From: Raillietiella orientalis
Lineage: Eukaryota
NCBI GenBank assembly: GCA_036172245.1
Contig: JAYWIR010000016.1
Span: 1,922,001 to 1,986,000 of the forward strand
Length of the DNA stretch: 64,000 nt
Direction: 5' to 3'
Both the position numbers and the translations under genes were made by a program. The first letter of the stretch is position 1. Each line of letters begins with the position of its first letter. The notes below the pieces were generated by a model. That model saw nothing but the letters and a program-made list of their open reading frames with translations, ran no database searches and was not told the origin of the DNA. Positions 38,479 to 51,352 of this stretch are shown here, piece by piece.

Positions 38479-41400
38479 GTTCAGTTCGACGAGGAAGGTC
38501 GTGTGGGCCAACTTGTTCTCAAGTGGTCCGAATCGATCAACCTTGTCGTCACGAACGTGTACGCGCCGAGCGGCTCCGCGCGTCACACCGAGAAACTCGA
38601 TGTTTTCGAGAGACTGCGCGACCGCTGGCTCAGCAACTCCGGTCCCGACGAGGCTCACCTCGTTGCCGGGGACTTTAACGTCCACGCGCTATCGGAGGAG
38701 TCCCACCGTCGCCGGGAGAAACGGCTGGTGAACGAGGTGTGCGCGTCCGTGCACGCTTCGAATTTGCTGGCCGACGATCCCGGGATGCGTGCTTTGCCGG
38801 ACCATGTGTTCCTCGACGATCACCTGCATTGTCGGGTGGGTCGAAGAGGTCCCGTGCCGTCCGAGCTTTCCGACCACTACAGGCTGGAGTTGGAGCTACT
38901 CCCGCCTGGTAAGGGTCCTCCGACTCACGTCTGGAGGTTGCCGACCGACTGGCTAAGAAATCCGGTGGCTGCGGAGCACCTCCGCCAGCATCTCCGGACC
39001 TTGTCCGTTCGAGAGCTCGTGGACTGGGACGATCTGAAAAGATCGGTCCGCGAGTTCTGCAGCCGGTTCCCCTTGCGCCTGCTTCCCCGTGGCTTCGGAG
39101 AAGGTGTGGCCAACAGCAGAGAGTTTCTGCAGGCCCGCCAATTCTCCCGATGCCCGGACGTCCGGTAACTTGCGGAGTACAAGGCCAAGGCCGAGCGCCA
39201 GGTCTGGCAGTCAGGAGCGGCTTGTCTGCTCGACGACCAGGGCCTGGAGTGCTCGGGCTCTGCCGACGTTCGCCGCCTCCTGAAGCGCTACTACTACTCG
39301 TTGTATGCTAGGGAGCCAACGGAACGCAGTCTCTCGGAGCTGCTTCTGCCGGCAAATTCCCCTGCGGTCGACGAGGAGGAACGCGCCACTCTTGACTTGC
39401 CCTTCACGGCGGAAGAAGTGTCTTCCGCCATAGCGGGCCTCAAGAAGCGCAAGGCGCCAGGTAAGGATGGTCTGCCTGCGAAGTTCTTCCAGTGCTTCAC
39501 GGCGGAACTCATCCCCCTGGTGCTGAGGCTTTCTGCGCTGATGCGAGAGACGGGCAATGTCCCGGCCTCGTTTCGCTCAGCAAGGGTGCGTCTCTTGCCG
39601 AAAGGCGGAGACATGCGCCATTTAAGCAACTGGCGTCCGATCACTTTGGTGAATGCGGACGTCAAGTTGTTCTCCAGGCTCTGGGTTGCGCGCCTAGGCA
39701 GGATCGCTGGATCCGTGGTAAGCCCGGAGCAGTCCTACGCTGTTCCCGGGAGGTCCATGGAGGTGAACCTGTTCTTCGCGCGCACGTGGCTCGAGCTGCA
39801 ACGCTGCGTGGCGCACGACAGCCAGGTAACCGCATCTGCGGCTGCCGCGGCTAGGCGTCGCTGCATTCGGCCTGAGGAAGCGCCGGGTGCCTTGGCGGTC
39901 GCGGTCGATCTCCGCAAGGCGTTCGACTGCGTAAATCAGGATCTCCTCCTGGAGCTCCTGGAACGCCTCGGTCTCCCGGTGCACCTCGTGGCGTATTTGC
40001 TCGCTTGCTGGCGCCACGCGCTCATTTCCATCTCTTTCAGCGGCTGCCACGTGTACGGCGTGCCGGTGCGGCGGGGCATCAGGCAGGGCGACAGCTTAAG
40101 CCCGTTGCTCTTCAGCATCTTCTTTGAGTTGGTGCTGAGGGCGTACAGGCTGACGCTGGCCAACCTGCCGAGTTCCCGTCCAGGAACGCCGTCCGTGGCG
40201 GCCTATGCCGACGACCTGCTTCTACTTTTACCCATGACCACCCCGGTCTCCAGTCTCGAGGATTTCTTCGAGCTGATTCGCCAGGGAGCGGGCATGAGCG
40301 TAAACCGGAGCAAGAGCGTGGTCGTTCCTATTGGTGCAGCGTGGGAGGGGCAGTCCGACTGGATCCGCCTGGGGATCCCGACCGCTTCGTCCATGCAATA
40401 TCTGGGCGTTCCGCTGGGGAACATCAGCCCAGTGGAAGTGTGGTCGGACTGCCTACGGAAGGCTACGAGTGCTCTGAGCCCGTTCCACCATGGCAGGTTC
40501 CTCCTGTCGGAGCGGGCGGCGATATGGAACACCTTCGTTGCCCCCCTCTTGCGCCCCCTGCTTTTTGTCTGCCCGCCCCCCTACTCGGCCAAGCTCCAGA
40601 CGCACAGCCTGTTGAGGAACGCTCTGTGGGGACCTGCGAGGTCCAGGATCCGCCTCAAAGACTTGGCGGCTCCGCGTCGGGATGCTGGCTTAGGCATCCT
40701 GACGCTGGAGAGAATCGAGCTGCAGGTGCAGCTTCGGATGTTGGCCCTGTGCGCCAACCTTTGGTCCACTCCGTGGTGCGCTCCCGCGCGCCTGCTTCTG
40801 CGGCGCTGCACCGGCAGCGATGGACTTCTGTCGCTGCGGCCGCACACGGAGCGCGCCACGAGAAGCTTCGGTTTCCCGATGAAACCACTATACCGGCTCC
40901 TGGAATCCCAGGAATGGATCTCCTGCCGCCCAACGAACTTTCAAGCCTGGCGGCAGGAACCGTTGCATGGCTGGGCAAAGCACCAGGATGTTTCCCTCCT
41001 GGAACTCCGTTGCGCTCACCTCTCCCCGTATTGCACGGTGGATGAGGTGTGCAACAGCCAGGAGAAGTGGACCCTAGCCGACGCACTGTCAGCCCTCAGG
41101 GCAAGAGATGACAGCTGCGAACCGGCGAGATGGGAGGTCGCCTGCACCATCGCAGGAACAACACGACCTATTGGCGGCTGGAGGACTTGCGAGCTGGCGG
41201 ACGCCGCCACGCCTCGCCACGTTCCGAAGGGACTCCTTCGGTGGAGTGAACACTTGAGTGTGGCCCCCGAAGAACTTGTGGTCCCTCCCTCCTGTTTGAA
41301 CACTTCTGTGTTCCCTCTTTCGTGGAAGCAGGACGTGATCATGCTGGTGCATTGGGGTTTTCACTCCAACCAGCGGACGAACCGTGTTTCCGGGGGAGTT

Positions 41401-41757
41401 GTCTCCCCAAACTGTAAGCGGTGCGGGGAAGTGGAAACGCTGGTGCACCTGCTCCTGGACTGCGGTGCCCTCCTAGGACTGTGGCGGAGGCTGGCCTCAG
41501 CTCTCCTGCACCAGGGGGACACCGCAACAGACTTGATGCGCCGCTTCTTCACGCCAGGCGGCCTGTCCTTAGGTGTTGTCATCGCAACGGTCTGTTGCAG
41601 CCGCGCCATCGACAGGGTCCACCGAGAGCTGGAGAAGCAGGCGATTCGTCAACAGGCCACCGGAATAGCCGGCGAGAACATGTCGTTGGCTGCCGAGTGG
41701 GCCCACCTACCAGAGAGCGTGAGGAGAGAGATCGCCGGCATCCATCGCCGGTTCTGA
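38479..41757 (+). pseudogene. LINE ORF2 remainder (APE C-terminal half, RT, CCHC finger); open except one in-frame TAA at 39166-39168
   Basis: NVYAPSG, GDFN, DHVF, SDH; KAPGKDGLP, WRPITLVN, DLRKAFDCV, GIRQGDSLSP, YADD, YLGVP, CKRC..HLLLDC. Confidence 0.95.
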
Positions 41758-43209
41758 AAGGAAGGAACGGCCGAACCAAAGACCCCTGTCCCCTGCCCTC
41801 CATATTTTTCTTTTTATTTTTTTATAGTAGTCTATTTGTGGTCCCCTCCCTCCCGTTCCGGACTTTCGCCATACCGACCTGCGTGTCGGGGATCCCACCC
41901 CCTTCGTCTCTTGTTTTTCCCTTTGTCCAGGAACTCTGTTCCCGGATAGTTTTTAATAAACGCCCCGGCGCACCCGGGTGATAAACAGGAGATTAGAACG
42001 CACCTAAGTAGTTGATGTCATACATTAACCTATTTCATTTCCAATGTCCAGGAACAAAAGACACGCACATGAGATACGATTCACATGGAATCAGATTCTT
42101 AAATCATCCAATTATGGGGGAAGAGTAGATTGTATCTCATCAGATGTGTCTCAAACAATCCTTTGGTCGTTGTCAATGGCTGCTGCCCTTCCATGTTTTG
42201 TTAACGAACCCATGCCTCCGACCCTGAAGACAGCTTTGAGGAAGACTTGGTGCACCAAGTTTCTGATCTGCAGGCAACACGAACCGATCCCTCATCATCC
42301 ATGTGGTTAATTTGCGGAGCACTTTTCCGTCCCTTGCCTTGAGCGTGTTTCCGGAGACAGATTGCATGGAGACGAACTCTGGTTTTCGTGAATCCGATCC
42401 GAATGTATGTTCTGGTCGAGAGGAAAATGAGAGAAAACCTCACTCCTGTAGAAGCAGATTTGTTATTTGAGGGAAGCAAAACATTGCTCAATCGATGAAT
42501 GATAATGGTCCGAATGCTGAAAGATTCATCACAACAGTTTTCCTGCATAACACGCTCATTTCCTGTGAAGTTCGATCACACCAAAACAAACCTCAGACAT
42601 TTGTAGTTATTAATGTTTAGCCAGTTCTTCGGACTGTTCTTGAATAAGCTGGAACTCTCATTGCTTCCAATGAAACTAATCGCCTTAAATTTCTTTTTGT
42701 ATGTGTAATTCCTGCATTCTACCAACTCGCATTACGTCAAAGTCTTCCATAGAACGCAACTAAGAGATCCGGACCACAAATCAGGAACTCAGGATAGGAT
42801 TCCTACACCAAGGGAAAAAAGTTAGCTTTCCTTTAACTGTGAAGATTTCAAAGAGTGCATTACTTTCATGGTGTTCTATGTAAACACCAACGAGGTCATG
42901 AGGTTATGTACAGGAAAAGTTTGGTTACAAATACACAATGACATTTTCTGCGCTTTCCAAATTGCTCATTCCACACAAAACATATCTGATTTATTGCAGC
43001 TGCTCGGCAGCAACCTCGTATCACATGACTGTTGCTACATCTGTCTACCAAGCTTGTCCCAGCTTTCGAACCGTCTCCATAAAAAACAGAAATCTGCTCA
43101 CGGATCGGCGATCTTGGGTTCTTAAAGACAAATGTGACCTCTCCGGTAACCAACCGAGTAGTCGTTGCTGGACTGAAACTCTCAAACGTGAAGTTTACTG
43201 TTCGTACTG

Positions 43210-43831
43210 ACGTGTCGCCAGTTGCTTAAAGCGAACTACATCGGACCTTTGCTCCCTTCTCTAGTATTCCCCAATACTTCTCCATTTAAATCACTCCTTA
43301 AAATTGCATCATCCGGTGCTGTTCCGGCACCGGTTCCCCCCTGCAAGAAGAGACCTCACCGAACGCGGAAGAGCGTATTCTTCGCTGCGGCATGGTGGAC
43401 TTCGTCGCACATCAGCCAACAGAACGAGGAGGAACACGACTCGGGTGGAAGAGCAGAGGAAGAGAGAACACTTTGCTTCCAAGAGATGACCCCAGATTGC
43501 TTGAGGCTGCTCACCCGCAGCATCGTCATGGCCCATCTCGCATTCCGTTTGGTTCCGGCGGTAACCTGCGGTCATTCTTCCAGCAGCTTCCATGACACAG
43601 AGAGAAGAAACAACGCGACCGCACGCGGCAGCTCCGGAGGAGCTCATAGACGCCTCGAAACAGTGACTCGTCCCCTGTCCGCTCTTGGTCGATTGGTTTC
43701 CTTTCCCCTTTTCATATTTCCTCTAGCGCTTCCTCCACGCTGGACAGGAGTACGAACATTCCTTCTCTACTGGAAGAGCCCCAAAACTTTGTTTATTGCT
43801 AACAATAAGCCCCTGGACTACCCAGGTGAAA
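43210..43831 (+). mobile_element. Short degenerate LINE 3' fragment
   Basis: GC-rich island ending in caataagcccctggactacccaggtgaa, a variant of the terminal motif. Confidence 0.5.
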
Positions 43832-45060
43832 GCCTTCTTTAACTTACTTCCAGACTTCGAGGTATTCTTAAACAGCCACAAATACCAATCATTATACCCG
43901 TTGTTGATCTTTAGATTCTTAGGTGTTATATCACCTTCTTAGGATGATTTTTTCCCTCACTATTTAAGCGGCTGAGGTAATTATTTTTGAGAAAAATTCA
44001 GGATATTCAGCTGTTGGGTATTTTCCCAAGTTTGTCGAGGCTTTTGGTAACAAGGAACGTTAACTTGATGCCTGAAGGGCAGATGTCAATGTTCAGTTTC
44101 GCAATGCTGAGAAATTTTTCACTTCAAAACTTGGTTATTCACTAGTCCCATCGGAATTTACCACTAGCAGAATACAACTAAATGACATGTGAATTAAATA
44201 CCACATGACGCACACTTGTTTTCCGAAGAATCTTGCGATGGTTTCTTGACTTAACAGACATCAAGCATGTTCACTTGGTGCAGAAAACACTGAAAAATAC
44301 CCTCTACATGTTGACTGGTCCAAAGCCGATCTCAAGATTCATTGACACAAAAACATGAACCAAAAGCTGGGCATACTGGTCTATTAGAATACTTTCTCAT
44401 TTACTCCTTCGCGGATTATAGTGCAATGTATAACATGCAAAGTAATTGATAATGAACTTTTCATAGTGACACAGTTTTTTAATTGAAAGCAGATCTTACG
44501 TTGTATCAATGTTTGAAAAATCCCTGAGGGCGCCATTAATAATTTCATTACTACTATACTTGATTTCTATCCACGGAATCTCCGAAAGGAATGAAAACTT
44601 TCTTCCAAGCAATATGCGACTACCTCTGGGCTAAGATGTGCATTTCTGATCTTTATATTCTTTACATATTTTCTGTTTCTCAAAAAGTGCAACTTCAGAT
44701 CTTTCTTGTTCTGATGATTTAGTCTCCCTCTTCGAATTACATAAAACATCTACCTACCTTACCATTCTCAACCTTTACCCTCCCAGAAATAATAATGGAG
44801 CAACATTTTGCAACGGAGAAATTTTTTATCTCTTCTAATTACTACTAATACTATAACAGCTAGTGTAAAAGCAATGTCGAAGGAAATATAAATCACTGAG
44901 CCAGTTTCTTAAGCAATGTCAGCTGTTTAAATAAAAGCTTTACTATTGCAATGCAAATTGGAAAATTAACTTTCCTCTCTAGACCAGTACAAATATGTGT
45001 TTTTTTTTTAAAGAATGTGTTTATTAGATGCTTGCACATTGAAAGCTTTTAACTTAATTT

Positions 45061-48000
45061 TCACCACGGGCATCTACATTTTGCCTTATGGAAAGATTCT
45101 GTAACAAACAATTTTCCTAATGCTTGTGCTGAAAACTGGGATGCCTGCTGACAATAATTATCGATTTGACCTGAGATAATCATAGCATCCAGACGTGCAG
45201 GTGGTGGAATAGGCTTGAAAATCTTATTAATATCTTCCTCAGGTAATGGTGGTTCCCCTTTTGCTTGGCGGGCAGCATTTTCAGCAGCCTGTGAAAATCA
45301 CAAATCAGTAAAAAAGAAAAAAACTATAAAGAAAATGAACAATACCCTTTTCAAGGCGTGCTGACATTTTAACTGGTTTTGCTTCAAAACTTGCTTCTGA
45401 TAAACACTAAACTTACTGGATTCTTGACACAATTCGTCTACACATTCCATCATACATCGTAAATGTTTTTCCAATGTAGATCTAACAGAGTATATACAGT
45501 GAATATCCTCTAATGTATGCTTTTACAAGCTGATGCTATTGCAAAATCATTCTCTGGAAAGTTTGAAGTTTCCTAGATACTTATTTTGCAAACGCTATAA
45601 GTTTCTTTTAAAACTTTAGATCATATCATATTACTAACCACAGACCATACTTTTACTTTATTCTTATCTCCTTTCTGTTTTGCGAGTTAGTTTTGAAATA
45701 CAAATGGATTTCTAATTTTGTTTCCGAGAAAAATTCTTTCAATAAAATAGGAACACAAGAACAGGTGATTTATTTATTAAATATGTGTTTGATAAACAAA
45801 TAAACAATGGATTTTCAATATGCCAAAATCATTCAAAAATGTCACGAAAAAATTCTGTGTATATTTAATATACAGAGCATTTTGTTGCTCTTGTTGAATT
45901 TACCACTGGAGGTGTGTGCTGTAAATGCTGTATATATTCAATATAGAATGAATGCACTAAGTTGAAGGCAGAACAATCTAAGAAACATGGGAAGCAATAA
46001 ATTTAATCAACTGCTGGGTATTTATCAACTTTGTATTTTAAGAAACATTTTACTTAAAGTTTACTGTAGTTTACAACCCAACCAAATCTGAAAAAATGAC
46101 ACTACGGCAATCATGCGCCAAAAACTTTTGAATGCACACTCTTAGTTGTGCACATTCCATTTATGCTTGCAACGTTACCTATTTTTCTCCTGTGGATACG
46201 TCTGGTATCTATTTTAATAATCTATATTATGCAAGAAAGTTTAAAGCAACCATTCTATTTCACACTTGCACCTAATGTCTGTGAATATTACTTTTTCCTG
46301 TTCAAGAATAACTATAATAATGTAAAATTTTCAAAGCATTCCTTCTAATACAAAAATTCAACTGGTTGGGCAACCAATGTGTAATAGTCAATAAACCAGG
46401 ATTTTCAGGCAACGTATTCCCAATTATGTTTAGCAAACTGCATAGGTGACTGTCAGCATGCACTTTAAAATGTGTATTTAGGATATTGTGAATCGCTTAT
46501 CCAATGAATTAGCTAAGCGTCTCTGAAACTTCAACTTTAAAATTTTAATGAGTAAATAACAAAGAGAATAGCACAACAAATGTCACAACACTTTCTTAAA
46601 CGGCTTTTGCTCAAATGGGATTCAAATATAATCAAGGTATTGCAAAAATATACATGCTACCTAAGAGCTCAACACTTAAATCTGAAGTCAAAATAGTCTA
46701 GAAACAAAACTGGGTGTACAAGCAACTCTTTAAATAAAGACTTGACCTTATAAGGGATTTCTGAAAATATTTCTTTAATACCCAGTTACTTAAATTTGGT
46801 TTCCTCAGAACTGCCCTTTAATTTATTCAATTGTGTATTTTTGCCAAATTGTTTACAATTGTTCATTTTGAGCAACATTCACAAATTAAAAAAACACACG
46901 CACACTTCTTCATGATGCTAATTTGGATACTTGTTTTTTCAATAGGCGTAAACTGTTTAAGTTCTCATTTTCACTATTCACAGATTCTTGTTAATATTAG
47001 AAAAAAGTAGCAAATAGCAAAAATGCGAAAAAAACTGAAAGACTTTAAGTTTACTTACGTTGTTCCTAAGTCCAAATATTGATTCCCTTGATCCTCATCT
47101 ACCTGTTCTTCTGCTTCCAGAAGAAGAAGATTCATTAAATGAGAATTTCTTATTACAATAGGAACTTCATATAACAACTTTTCAAATCCCATTCCTAATT
47201 TCCGAAGTGCTTCTGAACTGTAATCTCCATCTTTATACATCTGAATAACTGTGGGGGTAAGCCGATATGCTTTAATTGATAAAAATCCACGTGTAGTTTT
47301 GACAGGATCTGGAAATGTTAAAAAGTAATCCCACAATCTTGCATATTAACCAAAGCACCATGTACTTCAATTAAAGATTTGAAAAATTTTCTCACCAAAT
47401 ATTAGTACTACAGATTCTTCAATTGATGTTTGATAACCAAAATGGGATTCTATAAGTTGTGGACTCAGAAATCCGCTTAAAACAGTAGACTGATACCATC
47501 CCACATGTAAGTGATCAATATTCAATTTTCTTAATATTTTCATAATATTTATTTGATATTCCTCTAGGAGAAAAAAAAAAAAAAACATTATACATCCACA
47601 GCTTTTTTTCGAAAAACCAGGATTGAATCAATCACAATGGAAGATACACAAGTAATTAATAAACTTGCGTATCATCTCAGTTTCTTAATTACCTTCATCC
47701 AATCCATCCTCTGTGAGTCTCGGTATTGGAAAACAATTTGTAACTTCTAATCGGTTTTTTACTTTCAAACCTAGTAAAACACCTTGGGCTACAGTAGTAT
47801 GACTTTCTTCATGACAATGTTTGATGATCTTTAACATTGCCTGAAAATATAAGGGTTTGTTTGGAACAACTGTTTGAAAGCAACCACTAATAATACATGC
47901 ATGTTATGTACATTATGATCACAAATTAGTGATCAAGCATTTATGAAAAAAGACTCGTATTTCCGATACAAAAACATCTAATTAACTATAACAACGCTTC

Positions 48001-51000
48001 CACACTGGTATCAAGCCATCAAACAGGGTTCAAGTATGATTTAAGTGCTACTTCAACCATCTAATTTTCAAAACCTACGATTATATTTAATAGGATAGCT
48101 TTTTCTTGAAATAAGCAGTACCACTGCTGAAGAACTTTTATAAAATATATGCAAACTTTTAAATGCAAGATTTTTGCCATGTTTAAGTGCAATGCAGGCA
48201 GAAGACCAAAAGTCTGTCGTTGATGCAGCTTCAAAATTCAGATTTCAAAAAATTTGGACAACGTTCTATGAGACCACAATGCAAAAACAAAAAAAAAATT
48301 GCATTATTACATGACCAATTCGGTTTGGAAGAAATAGAGAAGTCTTTCCGAACAAGGAAACAAGAAATCAGTGACTATTGAAATTATTGCATTTATACAC
48401 AGTTAGAGAACATTGAGATGACTTTTCAAAGTGAATACACCAATTGTGTGTCTTTGGACCAACCTCTACGTATCTGCATTTCAAAACTAGATGCTGAGAT
48501 AAAAAATCATTTTTTAAAAATTCTCATGGTTAGGGAGGAAATTAAAGAGCTCAGCCCAGAAACATGACTTCTTTTTGGACAACTACTTAGTGTCTGGGAT
48601 GTTGCATCAGCACAAACAACTAACAAATTGCTCGATAAAAGCTTAAAAGATTCAGAAAACATGAAGCTGCAATTATGGAACATATTATGGTGAAGATCTT
48701 GGCATTTAAGAATCAGAATTGCCAGATAACATGAATAAGGGAGATTTCAAAGAATGGATGTGCATAAATGAAATTTAAAGTTTAGCAGCCAATGTAAGTA
48801 CCTCCCAATGTACGAATCAAAAAGCTCAATTTGATAAGATCTCAAATTTGATGCTCCCTGATTTTTTCCAGTTAACAGTTCTTAAAAATTAAAACTTTAT
48901 TATTAATGTTCAAGAATATTTGACCAAGAATGTTTGGACAAAACTTAATTTGGTTTTTCAAAATACTTCTAGATCAGCTAGACTAGACTTTCTCAAATTC
49001 ACACAATATTCAAAATATGCCTAAACATACGCTCCAAAAACTTCAAAAATTAAATGGCTAGCACAAATCACTTTCAAATATTTGATCAAATTTACATGTT
49101 CAATATGCCTGATTGAAGGTACTTATAATTCTAAGCAAGGCATAAACTTTACCCTTTTTCACTTTGAAAAAAGAAATGCACTGCAAAAACTACTAATAAA
49201 CAATACTTTTAATAACCAATAATGATAAAACTTAAAACTAATGTTCACTTTCTCATTCACCTTCCTTTATGCTTCTGTGCTTTGGATGGAAATTACGGTA
49301 ATTTTTTCGATCGATTTTTACCCATTTGCATTACTTTTGATTAATAGCTTATTTCATTTATCATTTCTACTGATTAAACATTTTATACATGGAATATTGA
49401 AAACATCTTCAAAGAAATCAATTTGATTAGCTGCATGTATTTTCAAAAGCATAAGCTAATAAAGTCTGTGTCTAAAGGCTCCAAATGCATCCCACAACTT
49501 CCAATTATTTAATTAATATTCTGCAAACCATTACAACATTTTTTGGATTTATAGTCCAAATTTTTTTAATTAGCTTTTACTATGTACACTTTATCCATTC
49601 AACCTAAAGTTAGACTAAAACCAGCAATGCTTTTGCAACACTCAAAAAGAAAAAAGGGAAATCACACATCCATTTACATTAGAATCAACGTTCAGCTGTG
49701 TGGAACTGAACTCGAGTTGCACTACACTGTGAAAGAAACATTCAAGGAACAAAAAAAACAGACTTGGCAATTCATCCACTCAATTATTTTTTTACATTAG
49801 TATTGCTTTTATTTTATTTTATTTTTTGAACCTCTCATAAATTAAATTTTAAAAAATCCCAGAACTACATTCAAGTAAATTCGTCTTTTAATGACTAATG
49901 ATAAGGAATTCAGTGACTGAAATTTGCATTCAACCAATTAACCATCTTAAAACAAATATCCACAAATAAATGATGAATGGATATTTCAGTACCAGAAAAA
50001 TGAACAAGTAATCAAACACTATCCACACAAATCTGTTGTACACCAAACAAGTCTTTTTTGGTGTTCCCAAAATACCTAAGTAACATTTCATTTAGAACAC
50101 CTATGTAATATGTCAGCAGCACAAGAGGGGAAACATAAATGTTTATTCATACAAATTTTATTCATGAACTGGCTCATTTAGCACACACACAGAAATGTGG
50201 TTAAAAAAAAAAAAAAAAAAATTAATGCATTCAAACGTTTATGGATTTATGACTGTTCTATGCAAAAGAACATAGTACAATTATAATGCACAAAACCCTT
50301 CATTCAAACAACTATTCGAAAAACTAATGAATGCAGGCAAACAAACTTTCCATTATATAACTTTGCATGAAACACCTACTTTATGTTTAAAGAATGCGAT
50401 AGGAGAGAAGAAAATCACTAGATTTACAGTCAAAACTTCGAATTTTCAGAAAAACACCAAAATATTTCATATAAATACAATTAAATCGAAGGAAACAGTG
50501 AAATTTTTTGATACAAAAATTACCAAATGTTACTGGAGTATGTGTGCACAAGTATAGAAGAATGAAATGAACAATTTCCCTAGATAATGAACATGCTATG
50601 TGGAAATCTATGATTTATTGGCAATACTTGAAGCACAGCAAAGTAACAAATCATACTGACTGCAAGAACATTATCTCATAAAGAAGAAATGACTCGGTAT
50701 CAAGTTGTTCTGCAAATGCCGATAGGTGGAAAATTTCAGAAATTTCACAGCAAAATATGCTTGATTTTTTTCAAATAAGTACTTTCTAGAAAGGGTACAG
50801 AAATATGAATTTTTTTTCGCTAATTTGAATTTTGTAAATTTTCTACAGTAGTATTCTGTAGCCTTACAAAACAAACAATCCATCTTCCACGGATCCACAG
50901 ATCCTTCCTCAAACCAACAAGGAAGATACTGAAAATAATCTGGACCCTGGATCAAACCTAACAAGTTACTGATCAAGGAACGACAGCAGCAGTGTTGAGT

Positions 51001-51352
51001 TCAAAACCTAATACTACAAAATACATCTTTATAAAGAATTCTATTTTTTAATTGCAATTTTTTATTGCATTCATGATCAAATGTAAAACTATTCTGTTTC
51101 AAGAGTTTGAATGTGAAAAATGCACTAACAAAAACAAAAATTAAGCCACACAAATTCAAAGATACAGACATCAAACATTCGTACAATGTACAGACTTCCA
51201 TGAGGATATGTAATGGATGATATTCAGTTTTGGAAATTTGATGTTCCACATATAAGATAAAAATGTGTTATATTTACCAGACCATCCAGTTGTACATACT
51301 CTACAAGAGAGTTTTCCATAGAAGCCATACTTCTGCTACCGTACGAAGACAT
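45061..51352 (-). CDS. eIF3h: Eukaryotic translation initiation factor 3 subunit H; exons 51352-51278, 47840-47693, 47563-47396, 47308-47059, 45481-45346, 45288-45061
   Basis: [97 protein letters not shown]. All junctions GT-AG and phase-consistent; TGA at 45063-45061. Confidence 0.96.

Larger units (their letters stand above)
31621..41984 (+). mobile_element. Full-length Tx1-like (L1 clade) LINE, subfamily B, interrupted by a nested element; flanked by 14-bp TSD ACAGGAGATTAGAA (31607-31620 / 41985-41998)
   Basis: ORF1 (RRM-like + 2 CCHC), ORF2 APE start (ACWNVN, LALLQE, GVAF) to ~33922, resuming at ~38479 in register as RSV|QFDEEGRVGQ; RT and zinc finger; identical 14-mers at both ends. Confidence 0.92.

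Noticed and set aside
41758..41984. Possible SECIS or hammerhead ribozyme in the LINE 3' UTRs
   Set aside because: No RTGA..AA..GA quartet geometry or CTGANGA/GAAA core visible by eye.
42000..43200. Possible DNA-transposon (hAT/CACTA) or RNase H remnants
   Set aside because: Only isolated short motif resemblances amid many stops; family cannot be assigned.
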